A stretch of 64,000 nucleotides of DNA from Candidatus Hodarchaeota archaeon (GTDB taxonomy: Archaea; Asgardarchaeota; Lokiarchaeia; Sigyniarchaeales; SOKP01), in the NCBI GenBank assembly GCA_048887225.1, contig JBHLJY010000009.1, positions 39,329 through 103,328 of the forward strand. Direction: 5' to 3'. Below are positions 59,299-64,000 of the stretch, one piece after another. Both the position numbers and the translations under genes were made by a program. The notes beneath the pieces are model-generated. The model was not told where the DNA came from, did no database searches, and worked only from the letters and a program-made list of their open reading frames with translations. Each line of letters starts with the position of its first letter. Positions within the stretch are counted from its first letter, which is position 1.

Positions 59299-60531
59299 TT
59301 AATACTTAAAGCCTTTGAGTCGATGTACTGTCGTATATATATATTTTCCACCTTTTCTTAGATAATCCATAGCATCCTCAATGCCTTCTACTGTCAAATC
59401 AAACATAGGTATAATACTAGAGATTACTTTACGTGTCCAAGGTTGCCAATCGAGTCTTATGAGTTCGGGATTTAGCCATACGATATTGTTTTTGAAATGA
59501 TCGGCAAGTTCTTTAATATAATATATTCCTGGCATTTCGTTCCTATGATAATAGTAGATGCTCCCATAACGTTCTGTGAGCTCCCAGGAGGCCATAGCGG
59601 CGTCCCCGACCACGACTACCCTGTATTTATTATCGTATTTCCTCAAGAAATCTTCGAAAGTAATTGACTCGTCTGGATTACGCTGAGCATTGAAGAATAA
59701 ACTCTCGTACACGCAATTATGAAAATAATAATACTTAAAATCTTTCCAATGAGACATATTATTAGCTGCTGAAAATAAAATGTTTACTAAATGAGCATAT
59801 GGAGTCATACTACCTCCGACATCCATTAAAAGTAGAAGTTTTACATCATTCTTTCTTCTTTTGTCGAAAATTATTTCAATATCGCCACCATTTTTAGCGG
59901 TTTTATCAATCGTTTTATCGATATTTAATTCGTCTTGCTTGCCAATTTCTTCTAATTTTCGAAGTCGCTTCAAAGCCACCTTAATTTGTCTAGTATCCAA
60001 GACAATATCTTTCCTATAATCTTGAAATATTCTTTTCTGAGCAATCTGCATTGCCATACGCATACCTGTTCCACCACCAACCCTCATTCCCATTGGATTT
60101 TGACCAGAATGACCAAATCGAGATTCTCCTTGGGTACCAATCCAATGATCGCCAAAATTATGTTCCTCATCTTGCTTTTTCAGTAATTCTTCGAATTGTC
60201 TCTGTAGTTCCTCTAAGTCAAAATTTTGAATAAGAAAATCTCTAAATTCTTCGGGTATTTCTGAAGGAATGATGCCTTTATCTAACCAATCCCAAATCTG
60301 CTGTTTAATATCATCGGGAAATTTTAAAGAAGCTTCTTTAAAGAAATTAGCAAACGCAATGTCGAAGATATCAAAATGATGTTCATTCTTACATAATATA
60401 GATCGAGAAATGTAGTAAAATTCTACCATATTACGGATTAGACCTTTATCTAATGCTTCCAATAGCGTCATATATTCCGTAATACTTACTGGAAGCCTTT
60501 CCTTAAGATAATAAAAATATTCTATAAACAT
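59299..60531 (-). CDS. VWA domain protein, CoxE-like partner of MoxR
   Basis: LLMDVGGSM, YFHNCVY, VGDAAM and WLNP; ATG 60531 after GGAG. Confidence 0.88.
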   Translation of the reverse strand: MFIEYFYYLKERLPVSITEYMTLLEALDKGLIRNMVEFYYISRSILCKNEHHFDIFDIAFANFFKEASLKFPDDIKQQIWDWLDKGIIPSEIPEEFRDFLIQNFDLEELQRQFEELLKKQDEEHNFGDHWIGTQGESRFGHSGQNPMGMRVGGGTGMRMAMQIAQKRIFQDYRKDIVLDTRQIKVALKRLRKLEEIGKQDELNIDKTIDKTAKNGGDIEIIFDKRRKNDVKLLLLMDVGGSMTPYAHLVNILFSAANNMSHWKDFKYYYFHNCVYESLFFNAQRNPDESITFEDFLRKYDNKYRVVVVGDAAMASWELTERYGSIYYYHRNEMPGIYYIKELADHFKNNIVWLNPELIRLDWQPWTRKVISSIIPMFDLTVEGIEDAMDYLRKGGKYIYTTVHRLKGFKY

Positions 60532-60546
60532 ATCTCCTAAAAACAA

Positions 60547-61401
60547 TTAAGTTGGAAATTTAGCTTTTGCTAATGCAGCTTCAAAATCCTTCTCATTCTT
60601 TATAAGCACACCTAAGAAAGGTATACCTTTCTTTAATTCTTCAATCGAAATACCACTCTTTAATAATACACCAATCCAATCCAGAAGCTCAGAAGTAGAT
60701 GGCATTTTTCTAAGCTTCGTAATAGTTCTTAACCAGTAAAAATGCTTTAGACATTGATCAAGAAGATTTTTTTTCAAATCAGGATAATGTAAATTGCAAA
60801 TTTCAGCCATAAATTCTTTAGAAGGAAATTCAATCCAGTGAAATACACATCTCCTTAAAAATGCATCTGGAAGTTCTTTTTCGTTGTTAGAGGTAATAAT
60901 TACTATAGGGCGTGTTTTCGCTTTTACAAACTCTCTAGTTTCTTTAATATAAAATTCCATTACATCAAGCTCCTGAAGCAAATCATTTGGAAATTCTATA
61001 TCTGCCTTATCAATCTCATCAATTAGGAGAACAACTTGTTCCTCAGAAACAAATGCTTCTCCTAAAGGTCCTAAAGTAATATAATCTTTAATGTTATCCA
61101 CATTACGCTCATCGCTTCCAAATCTACTGTCGTTCAATCTTTGTACTGTATCGTACATATAACAACCATCAATTGCTTCAGATGTGCTTTTAATATTCCA
61201 TATAATTAATCGCTTTCTGAGTGCTTCTGCGATAGCATGGGCCAATAAAGTTTTTCCCGTTCCAGGTTCACCCTTAACTAAAAGGGGACGTTCTAAGGCA
61301 ATCGTTACGTTTACAATATTTCGGAGTTGGGGGTCGGCTATGTATCGAACTTTGTCAGTGCTAACACTACCCTGAAACTGATTAAAACTAGCATTACTCA
61401 T
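60547..61401 (-). CDS. MoxR/CoxD-family AAA+ ATPase
   Basis: GEPGTGKT, LLIDEIDKAD and ELPDAFLRRC. Confidence 0.93.
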   Translation of the reverse strand: MSNASFNQFQGSVSTDKVRYIADPQLRNIVNVTIALERPLLVKGEPGTGKTLLAHAIAEALRKRLIIWNIKSTSEAIDGCYMYDTVQRLNDSRFGSDERNVDNIKDYITLGPLGEAFVSEEQVVLLIDEIDKADIEFPNDLLQELDVMEFYIKETREFVKAKTRPIVIITSNNEKELPDAFLRRCVFHWIEFPSKEFMAEICNLHYPDLKKNLLDQCLKHFYWLRTITKLRKMPSTSELLDWIGVLLKSGISIEELKKGIPFLGVLIKNEKDFEAALAKAKFPT

Positions 61402-61468
61402 AATTAAATAGAATTAATTAGAAATTAAATAATTTTTGACTTTTTCGATGAGAAAATTAATATTAAGT

Positions 61469-61759
61469 TCAATCCTTACTTTTTACTCTTTTTAATTCAA
61501 TTTTAACAGCATTAAATTTATCCATACATTCAAGCTCAACTACATCTGGATCTTTAACCCACTTAGCAGGAAATCCCCCTCCGAATTGAAGCATAATAAT
61601 ATAGGGGAAAATGTCGTGATAAAAAAAACCACATAATCCTCCAGCGCTATACCCACTCAACTCTATTTTATCTCCTTTTTTATGACCAGCATTGCAAACC
61701 CCCTTTACGTCCTTTATAGTTCCGACAATTCGATATCCAATTTTTAATTTTTCAATCAT
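61469..61759 (-). CDS. TIGR04076-like small Cys protein
   Basis: KGVCNAGHKKGD, LCGFFYHDIFP and CMD pattern. Confidence 0.75.
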   Translation of the reverse strand: MIEKLKIGYRIVGTIKDVKGVCNAGHKKGDKIELSGYSAGGLCGFFYHDIFPYIIMLQFGGGFPAKWVKDPDVVELECMDKFNAVKIELKRVKSKD

Positions 61760-61905
61760 ATGTATCTACCTCCTGAGAAACTAATCATAAATAATTATAT
61801 AATTTCATATTTTTTCATATGATAAATTGTGATAAAAATCCTTATTTATCATTCTTTAGGAAAAAATAAAAAAAAAGAAAAAAATTATTAATTGTTATAA
61901 GGCCT

Positions 61906-63081
61906 TCAATCTGATTGCCCTAAAATGCTAGTACTACAGACGCTAAATGCGCCTCCAAGATTATGGGCTAAACCAATTTTTGCGTCAGGAACTTGTCTGC
62001 CTTCAGCTCTTCCTTGAAGTTGTTTGGTTATTTCTTGTAACATTCTACAACCTGTAGATCCTATTGGATGCCCAAAGGCCTTTAAGCCACCAGAAGGATT
62101 AATTGCAGTTTCCCCATCCCAGTTAAAAGTACCATTCTTTAGTTCCTCGGCAGCCATTCCTTTTTCGCAAAATTGTAAGTCTTGACAGTTGAGAAGCTCA
62201 GTAATCGTGAAACAATCATGAACCTCAGCGCAATCAATTTGCTTTCTTGGATCTGTAATATTTGCTTCTTTATATGCCATATTTGCTGCCTTTACCGTTG
62301 CAGGGAAAGAAATGAATTCAAATCCAGGCCAATACCATGGAGTATTTGTATAACACGATATAGCATTAGCTTTAACTATAATAAAATCATCAGAATGGGC
62401 ATAGCTTGGTGCATCTTCCACTCTAGTTAAAATTAATGCTGCAGCTCCATCGCTCATGGCGCAACAATCAGATCTTCCCAATGGGTCGGCAATCATTACG
62501 TCTCTCATTACTTTTTCAATAGTTGTTTTTTTTCGAAAATGTGCCTTCGGATGATAAAAACCATTATCATGATTTTTAACGGCAACTCGCGCTAAATCTT
62601 CTTTTGACCAGCCCCATTCGTGAAAAGCTCTAGTTGCTGCCATCGAAAACATTGCTGGAGCAGAAGGTATAGGTAATACAGGATGCCCAAATAGATCAAA
62701 ACCAGGTAATCCGCTCGAAGATTCGTCCATTAGTTTTTCTACTCCACAGGCAAGAACAACGTCATAAGCTCCACTGGCTACCGCAAAACAAGCATTTCTA
62801 AAGGCATCCATTCCCGATGCACAATAATTCTCCGTTCTAGTAACTGGTTTTCCATCTAATCTTAAAACATCTTCAACTGTTGCTCCTGAAAGGCCTGTAA
62901 AGAAATAAAAAATACCAACCCAAACCGCATCTATATCATCTTTTGTTATTCCAGCATCCTTAGTGGCACCACGAACCGCTTCGAAGAGTAAATCGTATTG
63001 ATTCATGTCCCAAAGTTCTCCATACTTAGTGGCATCAGCCCCAATAATAGCAATTTTATTAGCAATTCCTTTTCTAACCAT
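61906..63081 (-). CDS. Thiolase (archaeal/SCP-x type acetyl-CoA acyltransferase)
   Basis: ENYCASG, EVHDCF, GHPIGSTG and HNLGG. Confidence 0.93.
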   Translation of the reverse strand: MVRKGIANKIAIIGADATKYGELWDMNQYDLLFEAVRGATKDAGITKDDIDAVWVGIFYFFTGLSGATVEDVLRLDGKPVTRTENYCASGMDAFRNACFAVASGAYDVVLACGVEKLMDESSSGLPGFDLFGHPVLPIPSAPAMFSMAATRAFHEWGWSKEDLARVAVKNHDNGFYHPKAHFRKKTTIEKVMRDVMIADPLGRSDCCAMSDGAAALILTRVEDAPSYAHSDDFIIVKANAISCYTNTPWYWPGFEFISFPATVKAANMAYKEANITDPRKQIDCAEVHDCFTITELLNCQDLQFCEKGMAAEELKNGTFNWDGETAINPSGGLKAFGHPIGSTGCRMLQEITKQLQGRAEGRQVPDAKIGLAHNLGGAFSVCSTSILGQSD

Positions 63082-63095
63082 TTTTTTTACCTCCT

Positions 63096-64000
63096 TTATT
63101 TTCTCCCTCTTTCAGGTCGACATTTCCAATAATAATTATGAAATCCGCCACCTTCATGCATTTTTCGAAAACATAATTCGACACGCATGCCAATATTGAC
63201 ATTTTCTTGTGGATTTTCTATCTCAGTCATATCCAATAGCACACGTCCTCCACCATCTAAATCAATTACGCATCTTGGAACAGGTGTATTTAAGTAAGCT
63301 CCTCCATATAAATGATCTAAAGTGTAGGTAAAAACAGTGCCTTTTAAGGCGAGTTTTATTAGATCAAATTGATCGTCTGTTCTGCAGTTATAGCAACTTT
63401 TATACATCATTGGATATTGAATAGTTCCGCAATTCCTACATTTGATTCCATACATCTGATATAGAGAGGGAGTTTCACGCCAGAGTGTAACAGCAGAACT
63501 TTTTCTTATATATTGCTTTCTTTCGAGGAGTTTCTTATTTTCAATTAACTTATTATAATTATCTATTGTTTTCATCGTTTTTTGATGTTTTAATAAACCC
63601 ATTCGATTTTTTGCGATTTCTTTTACGAGTGTTTTCTCTCTTATTTGCAGTAAAATAGCATCAGCGCCATCACCAAATCCACCTAAAATTATTTTTGCGT
63701 CAGGTTTAGGTCTTCTCAAAGCAGCTATTAAAAGCATGAAAGCCATTGGAGTTCCAGTGCAACCTATTTGGAGGAATAAACCATTTTGAGCAACTCCTTG
63801 AGGAAACTTCATCATTTTAGAAAGTATATTCATTACCCTAGGATCATGATAATGAAAAACAGCATTAGCAATATCTTCCGAGCTTAAATTGTTTCTTTTT
63901 AAAATTTCAGACATAGCTTTTGTTAAACTCTTAAAATAAAATTTATTATCCATTTTGTCTTGGAAAGTGCTTATAAATTTATCTCCAGTTCTTTTCCAAG
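63096..64000 (-). CDS. HMG-CoA-synthase-like domain fused to DUF35 (Zn-ribbon + OB-fold); start lies beyond the window end
   Basis: Frame is open to the window end (WKRTGDKF...). IGCTG and GFGDGADA, then CRNC..CYNC and FRKMH..YYWK. Confidence 0.85.
   Translation of the reverse strand, partial: WKRTGDKFISTFQDKMDNKFYFKSLTKAMSEILKRNNLSSEDIANAVFHYHDPRVMNILSKMMKFPQGVAQNGLFLQIGCTGTPMAFMLLIAALRRPKPDAKIILGGFGDGADAILLQIREKTLVKEIAKNRMGLLKHQKTMKTIDNYNKLIENKKLLERKQYIRKSSAVTLWRETPSLYQMYGIKCRNCGTIQYPMMYKSCYNCRTDDQFDLIKLALKGTVFTYTLDHLYGGAYLNTPVPRCVIDLDGGGRVLLDMTEIENPQENVNIGMRVELCFRKMHEGGGFHNYYWKCRPERGRK

Noticed and set aside
1-64000. tRNA, rRNA or structured ncRNA genes
   Set aside because: All intergenic gaps are short and very AT-rich with no GC-rich stems; a covariance-model scan would be needed to exclude small RNAs fully.

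Overview
AT-rich, densely coding 64 kb archaeal chromosome segment. By inference it comes from an Asgard archaeon, most likely Lokiarchaeia: it has archaeal PurD, MetG and Fwd-like genes, GTGA-type ribosome-binding sites, and eukaryotic-signature proteins (Rab-like GTPase, two roadblock proteins, a longin-like protein, a VWA-double-RING protein). I saw no rRNA, tRNA, CRISPR array, integrase or transposase. Housekeeping and metabolic genes include purD, metG, a TrmJ-type methylase, two M20 hydrolases, beta-oxidation enzymes, MFS transporters, Mrp, a MoxR/VWA pair and a thiolase with an HMGS-DUF35 partner. The most unusual items are: (1) a split two-gene membrane module with 6 TM segments and 3 beta-helix domains, matching the terminal module of epsilon-poly-lysine-synthetase-type NRPSs but with no A/T domains; (2) a TFIIH p44/Ssl1-like VWA protein with two RING-like fingers; (3) a corrinoid-methyltransferase fusion lacking the cobalt-ligating His; (4) an fwd-like operon with substituted active-site motifs; (5) a 1495-aa surface protein whose tail carries repeated dileucine/LD-like motifs; (6) three genes that appear to start at ATT/ATA; (7) an orphan kleisin, a divergent RtcB and a 50-aa ORF missing from the ORF track. 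All family calls come from motif recognition by eye, not database searches.
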